Of a DNA stretch of 64,000 nt, positions 1 through 8,191 are shown one piece after another. The stretch's first letter is position 1, and every line of letters begins with the position of its first letter. The notes beneath the pieces were generated by a model. The model was given only the letters and a program-made list of their open reading frames with translations, was not told the origin of the DNA and did not search any database. A program made the position numbers and the translations under genes. This stretch comes from an uncultured Anaerolineales bacterium (GTDB lineage: Bacteria; Chloroflexota; Anaerolineae; Anaerolineales; UBA6663), in the NCBI GenBank assembly GCA_964480865.1, contig CAYZRP010000008.1:9080-73079 (forward strand), given 5' to 3'.

Positions 1-1
1 G

Positions 2-1618
2 GCGCCAGCCGAAGCCACTCGCCTCGAGACGAATGACCAGGGCGTGACGCATGAAGTGCGCGTGCCGGTGGCCAAGCTTGCCGTCGGCGACGTGATCGTG
101 GTGCGACCCGGCGACCGCATCGCTATGGACGGCCACGTGCGCGCGGGCGAGTCTGCGGTGGACCAGGCACCGATCACGGGCGAGAGCGTGCCGGTGGCCA
201 AGGCCGTCGGCGACGAAGTCTTCGCGGGCACGCTGAACGGCGAGGGCGCGTTGGAGGTCGAAGTGACGCGCGCCGCTGACGACAGCACCCTGGCGCGCAT
301 CGTCCATCTTGTGGAAGAGGCCGAGACCCAGCGCGCGCCCGCGCAACGGTTTGTCGACCGCTTCGCGAAGACGTACACGCCACTGGTCGTGGTCGTCGCG
401 GCGCTCGTCGCCGTGATTCCACCGTTGTTCTTCGGTCAACCCTTCTGGAACCCAACACCCGACACGCAGGGCTGGTTTTATAGAGCCCTGGAGTTGCTCG
501 TCGTCGCCTGTCCGTGCGCGCTCGTCATCAGCACGCCCGTCACGCTGATCAGCGCGATCGCCAACGGCGCCCGCCATGGGCTGTTGATCAAGGGCGGCGC
601 GCAGCTCGAGACGCTCAGCGCGGTCCGCTCGATCGCGTTCGACAAGACAGGGACGCTCACGCTCGGTCAACCGCGCCTCACGAAGGTGCGCTCGATCAAC
701 TGCCAGCTGGATGGCGCCGATGCGCTCGACGGCCAGGTCTGCTCTTCCTGTCAAGATCTGCTGGCCCTGGCCTCGGCCGTCGAGCGCCGCAGTGAACATC
801 CCCTCGCCCGCGCGGTCGTCAACGGCGCCGCCGATCGGTCAGTGGAGGATCGCTATCCGGCGGCCGACACGGTCACGGCCCTGGTCGGCCGCGGCGTGTC
901 GGGCGCCGTCCAGGGGCGATCCATCCTGGTCGGCAGCCACGCGTTCTTCGATAAGGGGGTTCCGCATGCGCCGACACACTGCGCCGAGATCGCCGACGCC
1001 TCCACGCGAGGTCAGACGTCGCTTCTCGTCAGCGTCGATCAGGCGTACGCCGGCTACCTGTGCGTGGCCGACGCTGTGCGCGACGACAGCCGCGCCGCTC
1101 TCACGGCGCTCAAGCGCGTCGGAATCGACCGGCTCGTGATGCTCACCGGCGACAGCCAGGGCGCGGCGCGCGTGATCGGCGCCGACCTGGGCATCGACGA
1201 CGTCCGCGCGGAGCTGCTCCCCGAAGACAAGGCGGCGGTCATCCGCGAGCTCAAAGGCGAGCACGGCCCGGTGGCCATGGTCGGCGACGGCATCAACGAC
1301 GCCGTTGCCCTGGCCACCGCCGACGTTGGCATTGCCCTGGGCGCCGGCGCGGCTCAGGCCAACGAGGTCGCCGGTGTCACGCTCATGAACGGCGAACTGC
1401 GCCGCCTGCCGGACGCCCTGGCGCTGGCCAGGGCCGCCCTCAATTTGGTCCGCTTCAACGTCGCGCTCAGCATCGCGATCAAGCTGCTCGTTTTCGTGCT
1501 CGTGTTGTTTGGCTACAGCACAATGTGGCTGGCCGTCCTGGCCGATGTCGGTACGACCCTTGTGGTGACGGCCAATGGGATGCGCATGTTGAACTGGCGA
1601 GCGGCGGCGGCGCACTGA
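2..1618 (+). CDS. Heavy-metal translocating P1B-type ATPase, C-terminal part (5' end lies upstream of the window)
   Basis: The frame is open from the window edge; the listed ORF 44..1618 begins at an internal GTG. Motifs: CPC in a TM helix (VVACPCALVISTP), DKTGTLT phosphorylation site, SEHPLA (HP motif), GDGINDAVALA hinge. Confidence 0.9.
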   Translation, partial: APAEATRLETNDQGVTHEVRVPVAKLAVGDVIVVRPGDRIAMDGHVRAGESAVDQAPITGESVPVAKAVGDEVFAGTLNGEGALEVEVTRAADDSTLARIVHLVEEAETQRAPAQRFVDRFAKTYTPLVVVVAALVAVIPPLFFGQPFWNPTPDTQGWFYRALELLVVACPCALVISTPVTLISAIANGARHGLLIKGGAQLETLSAVRSIAFDKTGTLTLGQPRLTKVRSINCQLDGADALDGQVCSSCQDLLALASAVERRSEHPLARAVVNGAADRSVEDRYPAADTVTALVGRGVSGAVQGRSILVGSHAFFDKGVPHAPTHCAEIADASTRGQTSLLVSVDQAYAGYLCVADAVRDDSRAALTALKRVGIDRLVMLTGDSQGAARVIGADLGIDDVRAELLPEDKAAVIRELKGEHGPVAMVGDGINDAVALATADVGIALGAGAAQANEVAGVTLMNGELRRLPDALALARAALNLVRFNVALSIAIKLLVFVLVLFGYSTMWLAVLADVGTTLVVTANGMRMLNWRAAAAH

Positions 1619-1620
1619 AG

Positions 1621-1697
1621 AGCGACGAACGAAGAAGGACGAATGACGAAGGTTGTGTGAGACGACCTTCGTCATTCGTCCTTCGTCGTTCGTCGCT
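1621..1697. repeat. GACGAAN-heptamer hairpin element, copy A
   Basis: Imperfect palindrome agcgacgaacgaagaaggacgaatgacgaaggt ... accttcgtcattcgtccttcgtcgttcgtcgct. It sits 3 nt after the ATPase stop and about 20 nt from the stop of the convergent methyltransferase, so it could act as a bidirectional terminator. Confidence 0.8.
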
Positions 1698-1716
1698 TGT
1701 GACGCTCAGCTGCCTC

Positions 1717-2415
1717 TTACGCGGGTTTCTGCGCCCACAAGGTCCAGAGGAAATCCTCGCCGAAGGTTCCGACGTGCGGATCGCCAGCGCGCATCTGCCG
1801 GACTTCGTCGATCGTCAGGGAGGCCCCCCAGATCGTCCGCAGATCAGCTTCGTTGTAGCCGAGGCCTCCACCCAGGCTGCGGCGCTCATACACCTCGAGG
1901 TCCGAGAATCCGCTGCCGCCCTCGGGCCGGAAGCACACGAGGCCGAACCAGCCGCCCGGCTTGAGCGCCGAGGTCACACGCTCGACGTACTGCAGGCGGC
2001 GGTGCGGGGCCATGTGATGGAAACACCCCGAGTCGTACACCAGGTCGAACGATCCCGGTGTGATCGGCGTCTCGAGGGCCGACTCGCAACGCAGCTCGAC
2101 CTTGACGTTTGCGGCTTTCACACGTTCGGCCGCCCAGCCGATCGCCTGCTCAGAGAAGTCGACGGCGACGACGTCGAGGCCAAGCCGTGCCAGGAAGACC
2201 GCGTTGCGACCGTTGCCGCAGCCGTATTCGAGCGCCCTGCCCTGTGGCAACCGACTGAGCTCGCCTCGTTCGACAAGGCCCTCATCGGGCCACTCGACGA
2301 AGAATGGACATGGTTTGGCGCGATCCTGATAGAACTCGTCCCACCACTCGCCCCCGCGCGAGGTTAGCAGCTCATCGAGCGCGCGGTACAGATCGGGTTG
2401 ACTTGTGATCAGCAT
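1717..2415 (-). CDS. Class I SAM-dependent methyltransferase
   Basis: 232-aa ORF with SAM-binding motif I (ALEYGCGNGRNAVFLARLG), then DVVAVDFS and an LKPGG motif. Confidence 0.8.
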   Translation of the reverse strand: MLITSQPDLYRALDELLTSRGGEWWDEFYQDRAKPCPFFVEWPDEGLVERGELSRLPQGRALEYGCGNGRNAVFLARLGLDVVAVDFSEQAIGWAAERVKAANVKVELRCESALETPITPGSFDLVYDSGCFHHMAPHRRLQYVERVTSALKPGGWFGLVCFRPEGGSGFSDLEVYERRSLGGGLGYNEADLRTIWGASLTIDEVRQMRAGDPHVGTFGEDFLWTLWAQKPA

Positions 2416-2436
2416 GGCCTGCGCTTTCGCAGTGAC

Positions 2437-4071
2437 TCAGACGCCGGTCTGCGCCAGGTGCTCGGCTGAGCGATACGCCAGCGCCAGGATCGTCAGCACC
2501 GGATTGAAACCGCCGTTTGTGACGTGAACGGATCCATCCATGACAAACAGGTTTTTGTGGCCGTGCACGCGGCCCCAGTGATCGGTCACCGAGGTGCGCG
2601 GATCGTCGCCCATGCGACAGGTGCCGGCCTGGTGCTGACCGCCGCTGAGATACAGACCGGGCGGCTGGCCCCAGACTCGCACAGCGCCTGACGCGCGCAG
2701 CCACTCTTTGGCACGTTCGAACATGAACGCCGCCGTTCGAACGGTCTCGGGATGCGTCGTCCCCGAGAGCCGCGCCACGGGTTGGCCCCACCGATCGCGA
2801 ACGACGGGGTCGACCGTCACGCGTGCCTCCGGGCTCGGGATCTCCTGCACCGGGCCGGTGAGGCGCATGATGCGTGTGTAGTTCTCGCGCATGAAGCGCT
2901 TGTTGGCTTCACCCCAGCGCGGCAGTTCCGGCGGCAGGTTGCGACTCCAGAAGACGATCGGAAGGTCGATGAACTCGTCGGCAAGCATGCCGCCGCCGAC
3001 CAAACCGGCGTTGCCATGGTTGAACTTCACGGTGGCCGTGGCGATGCCGGGCCCCTGCCCATCGTAGACAACTTCGGACATCAGACCGACCGCGGCCGGG
3101 TAGTAGTGGCCCTGCAGGTGCCGGCCGACCTGATCGTGGCGATTGCCGAGCCCCTGCGGATAACGGGCCGTGCCCGAGTTCAACAACAAACGGGTCGTTT
3201 CGATCGCGCCAGCGGCCAGCACGACGGCTCGCCCGCGCGCCCTGACCGTCTCGCCCGAGTCGCTCACGTAACTGACGCCGTTGACGTGTCCGCGACCGTC
3301 GACCTCGACGCGCGTCACCATCGCCTTCGGGATCAGCGTGCACCGGTGCGTGGCCATGGCGCGCGGCAGGAACGTGTTCTGAGTGCCCGACTTGGCATCG
3401 ACCGCGCAGGTGAAGCCGACGCAGAACTGGCACTGGGTGCAGGCCGGCCGGTCGTTGTAAGGCACTGTATTGATCAGGGCCGGGATGGGCAGCACATCCC
3501 AACCCAGGGCTGCAGCGCCGCCGCGCAGGGCAGTGCCGCGTCGGGTGACGGGCAGCGCCGGCATTGGGAAGCCGCGCGAGCGCGGCCAATGCTTCACGCT
3601 CAGGTCGCCGTCGCCGGCCACGCCCATCTCCCATTCGACGCGCTCATAGTACGGCGCCAGGTCCGCGTACGTGATCGGCCAATCTGCCAGCGAACTGCCG
3701 GCCGGTGTGCCGTAGACGGTGGCCATGCGGAAATCGTCGGGCAAGAAGCGCCAGGCCTGGGCGCCGTAGACGGTCGTGCCGCCGCCGACAGCCGCTGCAT
3801 TGTTTTGATAACCAGGCTCGTGCGGGCGGACGACCCGCTCACGGCCATCGCGTTCAACGACCACGCGCGGATGCGAATCGATCTCGGGGCCGGCGTTGTG
3901 GCCGTAGCGCGAGTAACGTTGGTGGCGCAGATGATCGCGACCATCGCTCCCCGGCGGAAGATGCCCGCCACGTTCGAGCACCAGCACGGACAGCCCCGCC
4001 TCGGCGAGCACTGCGGCGGCCACGCCCCCGCCCGCTCCGGCGCCGACGATGATGATGTCGTAGGTGTTCAT
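2437..4071 (-). CDS. GMC-family FAD-dependent oxidoreductase
   Basis: N-terminal Rossmann motif YDIIIVGAGAGGGVAAAVLAEAGLSVLVLERG. The length (544 aa) and C-terminal GMC-type region (CRMGDDP...VTD..GRVHGHKNLFVMDGS) fit the family. Confidence 0.85.
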   Translation of the reverse strand: MNTYDIIIVGAGAGGGVAAAVLAEAGLSVLVLERGGHLPPGSDGRDHLRHQRYSRYGHNAGPEIDSHPRVVVERDGRERVVRPHEPGYQNNAAAVGGGTTVYGAQAWRFLPDDFRMATVYGTPAGSSLADWPITYADLAPYYERVEWEMGVAGDGDLSVKHWPRSRGFPMPALPVTRRGTALRGGAAALGWDVLPIPALINTVPYNDRPACTQCQFCVGFTCAVDAKSGTQNTFLPRAMATHRCTLIPKAMVTRVEVDGRGHVNGVSYVSDSGETVRARGRAVVLAAGAIETTRLLLNSGTARYPQGLGNRHDQVGRHLQGHYYPAAVGLMSEVVYDGQGPGIATATVKFNHGNAGLVGGGMLADEFIDLPIVFWSRNLPPELPRWGEANKRFMRENYTRIMRLTGPVQEIPSPEARVTVDPVVRDRWGQPVARLSGTTHPETVRTAAFMFERAKEWLRASGAVRVWGQPPGLYLSGGQHQAGTCRMGDDPRTSVTDHWGRVHGHKNLFVMDGSVHVTNGGFNPVLTILALAYRSAEHLAQTGV

Positions 4072-4490
4072 GGTTGGCCCGTGAACCCGATCATGCGCCA
4101 GGCGACGGCATCGCGGTTGCCGCCGTTGCCCGGGTCGGCGTAGAAACCCTCGATCGTGAGCGTCAGAAGTAGTTCGAAGAAAGCGGCCGGGTCGATCGGC
4201 CAGATGGCGTCGACCTGCGAGCGCTCGAGCCGGGAGAGGAGCGCGTCTTGCTCAGCGGCCGGCAGGCTCGCAAAGCTCTCAGTTCCGGCCGAGCGTGCCT
4301 CCTCCTCCAACGCGTCGAGACCGGCGCAGATTTCGCCAAGGCGCGGGCTCAGATCGCCGGCGAGCTGGCCGAGCACATAGGCGCCGGCCCCGGCTTCCCA
4401 ACCGCTCGGGAACTCGTCGGCCGGGATGATGCGATTAAGGACGGCGCGCAGGGTGCTCTGCTGGGCGGATGTGAGGATGTCGGAGGCCAT
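4068..4490 (-). CDS. Gluconate 2-dehydrogenase subunit 3-family small subunit (partner of the GMC oxidoreductase)
   Basis: 4-nt ATGA overlap with the downstream GMC gene. The sequence LRAVLNRIIPADEFPSG...IEGFYADP is typical of this small-subunit family. I chose the start at internal Met45 (MASDIL) of listed ORF 4068..4622, because the upstream 44 aa look non-coding. Confidence 0.6.
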   Translation of the reverse strand: MASDILTSAQQSTLRAVLNRIIPADEFPSGWEAGAGAYVLGQLAGDLSPRLGEICAGLDALEEEARSAGTESFASLPAAEQDALLSRLERSQVDAIWPIDPAAFFELLLTLTIEGFYADPGNGGNRDAVAWRMIGFTGQP

Positions 4491-4809
4491 CCCGCCATTA
4501 TCGTCGAAAGCCGAGCTGCCAGATGGAAGCGGTTGCCTGCGAGTATGCACGCGCGAGTCGTCAGCCGCGAATGACGCAAAGGTCGCGGATGTCGAACAGG
4601 TGGCCAGCGGGAGGTGTGGCATTCCCTTTCGTGCACGTCATCGCCTGGCTCGTTATCTGCGATATCTGCGGCACATGAAGGCCAGCCAGGTCGGGCTCGC
4701 ACATGCGAATGGCCCAGGCCAGCTGCCGAGCCAGCCGCCGATCTCGGCTCTTGACCACGGATGGCGCGGACGGTGTCGCCTGACAACGGGCCGACATACG
4801 TCGAAGGGC

Positions 4810-4862
4810 TTGACAAGCGACCGCCGGTCGCTATATCATCCTGCAAGCGACCGATGGTCGCT
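4810..4862 (+). promoter_or_regulatory. tetR promoter (TTGACA-16-TATATC) with two perfect palindromic operators AGCGACC-N3-GGTCGCT
   Basis: -35 TTGACA at 4810..4815 and -10 TATATC at 4832..4837. Operator 1 (4816..4832, AGCGACCgccGGTCGCT) fills the spacer. Operator 2 (4846..4862, AGCGACCgatGGTCGCT) lies between the -10 and the AGGAG RBS at 4866..4870. Confidence 0.6.
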
Positions 4863-4874
4863 CAGAGGAGCACT

Positions 4875-5468
4875 ATGCCAAAAGGGATCCCCCTCACCGA
4901 TGACGAACAGGGACGCCGCCGCAAGGAGATCTGCGCCGCGTCGGTTCACCTGTTCCTGAACAAGGGCTTCAGCGAGACCTCGATGCGCGAGATCGCGCAA
5001 GCGGCCGGCGTCGGCAAATCGACGCTCTATGACTACTTCCCTTCCAAGGACCATGTCCTGGTGTGGTACGTCGAAGAGGAGATCTCAACCCTGACGGCGA
5101 AGGTGAAGGACATCGCGGCCGAGCCGCTCGGGGCCCAGGCGAGGCTTGAGCGCATGGTCTATGCATACCTCGATTACCTGACGGCCAACGAAGATTTCTT
5201 TACGCGGCTCAGCGCGCAGGTGCAGCGCCTGGCTCAGGACAGCGTCGAGCGCATCCAGCGCAAACGCCACGCCTTGCAGGACGTGATGCGCCAGGTGATT
5301 GATGAAGGCATCCAGGAGGGCTGTTTTCGGCCCGTGGACTCGCTCCTGGCCACGCGCGTCATCCTCTCGGCCCTGACACCCGCGGTTTACGCGACCCGCC
5401 GGACCGGTTCGCGAGCCGAGATGATGCAAGAGGCGTTCGGATTGCTGCTGAACGGATTGCGCACCTGA
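4875..5468 (+). CDS. TetR/AcrR-family transcriptional regulator
   Basis: HTH region FLNKGFSETSMREIAQAAGVGKSTLYDYFPSKD. The start was moved to ATG 4875 (MPKGIPL), which follows an AGGAG RBS; listed ORF 4761 starts inside the promoter. Confidence 0.85.
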   Translation: MPKGIPLTDDEQGRRRKEICAASVHLFLNKGFSETSMREIAQAAGVGKSTLYDYFPSKDHVLVWYVEEEISTLTAKVKDIAAEPLGAQARLERMVYAYLDYLTANEDFFTRLSAQVQRLAQDSVERIQRKRHALQDVMRQVIDEGIQEGCFRPVDSLLATRVILSALTPAVYATRRTGSRAEMMQEAFGLLLNGLRT

Positions 5469-5506
5469 CGCCCGCCGACACAGCACGCTCTTTTTTTCTC
5501 GACCTT

Positions 5507-5523
5507 AGCGACCGGCGTTCGCT
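5507..5523 (+). promoter_or_regulatory. Third operator-like palindrome (AGCGACCggcGTTCGCT), 20 nt upstream of the PEP-utilising enzyme gene
   Basis: Same half-site as the two tetR operators, with one mismatch in the right half. Confidence 0.45.
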
Positions 5524-5542
5524 CACAATCGCGGAGATCATC

Positions 5543-8170
5543 ATGGATCAACCTACCATCCTCCCCCTCAATGACCCACAGGCCACGCTCGAGACCGTCG
5601 GCGGCAAGGGCCAGTCGTTGGCGCGCATGCTGCGCGCAGCGTTGCCGGTTCCCGCGGGCTTCCATGTGACGACTGCGGCATACCGGCAATTCGTGACCGC
5701 GAACGGGCTGCAGGCACGCATTCGCGAGGCGCTGACGGCGGCCGACCCGACCCAGCCGTCCACCCTTGACGCGACCTCGGTTGCGATCGGCACGCTCTTC
5801 CAGCAGGCGGAACTGCCGGCCGATCTGCGCCACGCCATCGTCAACGCTTACGAGCGACTGTGTCAGGCGCCTCCCTCTGGGAAACAGCCGCTGGCTGTTG
5901 CGGTGCGCTCATCGGCCACGGCCGAGGATCTGCCCGATGCCTCCTTTGCGGGGCAGCAGGAGACCTACCTCAACATTCGGGGCGCAGACTCCGTGGTCGC
6001 CGCCGTCCGGCGGTGCTGGGCGTCGCTCTGGACGGCGCGCGCCATCGCCTACCGGCTCAAGAACCACATCGACCAGGAAAGCGTGGCGCTGGCCGTCGTC
6101 GTGCAGGAACTGGTGGCCGCCGAGGCCGCCGGGATTCTGTTCACGGCCAACCCGGTCAACGGCGTCCGCCACGAGCTTGTCATCAACGCAGCCTGGGGAT
6201 TGGGCGAGGCCGTCGTCTCGGGCGTCGTCACGCCGGACACCTACGTCGTCGACAAACGAACGCTGAAGTTGGTGCGCCGCACCGTCGCCGAGAAGTTGGT
6301 CATGACCGTGCGCACGGACGACGGCACACGCGAAGATCCTGTGCCGTCTTCGCGCCGCAAAATGCCGGCGCTGACTGACGACGGGGTCGCGGCTCTGGCC
6401 AGGCTTGGCGCCAGGATCGAAGACTTCTATGGCCGACCGATGGACGTCGAGTGGACGTGGACAGCGCCGTCCGCGGGTGCGCCGGCCGAGTCGGGCTTCG
6501 CGATCGTTCAGGCGCGCCCGATCACGGTGCTGCCGCCCGACTGGACCCTCCCGGACCCCGACGGGATCTACAGCCGGGGCAGCCTGGCCGAACATACGCC
6601 CAGCCCGGTGACGCCGCTCTTCGCCACGTTCGGACTGCGTCTGGCGAACGAGGCCACCACCGGGATGTGGGAACGCCTGATCGGCAAGGATGGCCCGAAG
6701 CTGATGGCCGGCGGCGGCTTCTATACGCCGATCAACGGATTCGTTTTCGGCGGTGTGCGCATGAAGGGCAACGTCGTCCGCATGGTGAAGATGTCGGCTT
6801 CGCAGGCCGGGCCGATGATGAAGGGCAGCGTCCCGCGCTGGCAGGCCGCGCGGCAGCGCTTCGCCGACGTCGTCGACCTGAGCCTGAAGAAGCCCGTGGC
6901 CGAACTCTCATCTGCCGAGCTCCTCGAAGAAGCGGCGGTCGTCTTCTCGGCCGCCAGCCGGTACTTCACCGATATCCAGACCGTCCTGCCGGCGGCCTCG
7001 ATGAGCGAGACGATCCTGACCCGCTTCTACGACGCCTTTGTGAAGCGCAAGCAGGATCCAGCCATCGCGGCCTTCCTGCTGGGCTTTGAGACGACTACGT
7101 CGCGCGCCGAGACAGACCTGTTCGAGCTCGCGGCCTGGCTGAAGAGCGAACCGGAACTGGCCGACTACGTGCTGAGCACACCCACCGACAGGTTGTGGCG
7201 CGAGTTGCAGACGTCGCGCTCCAGCTACAAGGGCCGGGCTGACGTCTGGGATGTCTGGCGCGAGCGCTTCATGAAGCACGTCGCGACCTTCGGGCGCACG
7301 GCCTACGAATTCGACTTCGCGTATCCCACGCCGGCCGAAGCGCCCGCCCCGATGTTGGATGCCCTCAAGGCTTATCTCGGCGGTCAGGCGCAGGATCCGC
7401 AGGCGCGCCGGGCCGCCGCCGTGGAGCGGCGCGAACGGCTGACGCGCGAGGCCCTGGATCGGCTGGGTTGGCCGATCAAGGGCTGGTTCGAGAAGCTGTT
7501 GCGCTGGACCCAGGCCACGGCACCGATGCGCGAGGACAGCATCTTCGATATGGGCATGGGCCACCCGCATGTCCGACGGCTCCTGGGCGAACTGGCCGAG
7601 AGGCTCGTCGCGCACGGCGCCCTGGCCGAACCTGACGAGATCTACTGGCTTCACGAACAGGAACTGCGTGGCCTGATCGCGGCGCTCGAGAGTGGCGAGC
7701 GCCCGATGGACCACAGCCGCCAGATCCTTGAACGCAAGGCCGAGTGGCAGGGCTGGCGCAAGATCACGCCGCCGATCATGCTGCCCGAGAAGAGCGGCTG
7801 GCAGCGCCTGATCCATGGCGGCGAGGCCGAGACGAAAGATGGTCGAACGATCCTCAAGGGGATCGGCACGAGCGTGGGCACCGTGACCGCCCCGGCCCGG
7901 GTGCTCCTCGGGCCCGAGGACTTCGACTCGATGAAGCCCGGTGACGTGCTGGTCGCCGTCACGACTACGCCGGCCTGGACGCCGTTGTTCGCTCTGGCAT
8001 CGGCGGTCGTCACCGACATCGGCGGGCCGTTGAGCCACAGCAGCATCGTGGCGCGCGAGTACGGCATCCCGGCGGTGATGGCCGCTCGCGGCGCGACGCA
8101 GCACATCCGCAACGGCCAGATGCTGACGGTCGACGGCGCCGCCGGCACGGTGAGCGTCGCGTCTGAATGA
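5543..8170 (+). CDS. PEP-utilising enzyme with rifampin-phosphotransferase (RPH)-like architecture
   Basis: 875 aa. N-terminal PPDK_N/ATP-grasp-type region (LETVGGKGQSLARML...VAVRSSATAEDLPDASFAGQQETY). C-terminal swivelling phosphohistidine domain (GDVLVAVTTTPAWTPLF...TDIGGPLSHSSIVAREYGIPAV). The length and N-ATP-grasp / C-His-domain order match RPH rather than PpsA or PPDK. Confidence 0.7.
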   Translation: MDQPTILPLNDPQATLETVGGKGQSLARMLRAALPVPAGFHVTTAAYRQFVTANGLQARIREALTAADPTQPSTLDATSVAIGTLFQQAELPADLRHAIVNAYERLCQAPPSGKQPLAVAVRSSATAEDLPDASFAGQQETYLNIRGADSVVAAVRRCWASLWTARAIAYRLKNHIDQESVALAVVVQELVAAEAAGILFTANPVNGVRHELVINAAWGLGEAVVSGVVTPDTYVVDKRTLKLVRRTVAEKLVMTVRTDDGTREDPVPSSRRKMPALTDDGVAALARLGARIEDFYGRPMDVEWTWTAPSAGAPAESGFAIVQARPITVLPPDWTLPDPDGIYSRGSLAEHTPSPVTPLFATFGLRLANEATTGMWERLIGKDGPKLMAGGGFYTPINGFVFGGVRMKGNVVRMVKMSASQAGPMMKGSVPRWQAARQRFADVVDLSLKKPVAELSSAELLEEAAVVFSAASRYFTDIQTVLPAASMSETILTRFYDAFVKRKQDPAIAAFLLGFETTTSRAETDLFELAAWLKSEPELADYVLSTPTDRLWRELQTSRSSYKGRADVWDVWRERFMKHVATFGRTAYEFDFAYPTPAEAPAPMLDALKAYLGGQAQDPQARRAAAVERRERLTREALDRLGWPIKGWFEKLLRWTQATAPMREDSIFDMGMGHPHVRRLLGELAERLVAHGALAEPDEIYWLHEQELRGLIAALESGERPMDHSRQILERKAEWQGWRKITPPIMLPEKSGWQRLIHGGEAETKDGRTILKGIGTSVGTVTAPARVLLGPEDFDSMKPGDVLVAVTTTPAWTPLFALASAVVTDIGGPLSHSSIVAREYGIPAVMAARGATQHIRNGQMLTVDGAAGTVSVASE

Positions 8171-8191
8171 CGTTTCGGCACGGAGGGGGCG

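Noticed and set aside
4491-4622. N-terminal extensions of listed ORFs: 4068..4622, 4761..5468, 14415..15302, 18073..18615, 22576..24453, 27523..28761, 32930..33661, 45298..46206, 46551..47807, 48764..50440.
   Set aside because: In each case an internal Met with an RBS and/or a family-typical N-terminus gives a better start. The upstream parts are low-complexity, overlap promoters, repeats or neighbouring genes, and arise from the scarcity of stops in GC-rich DNA.
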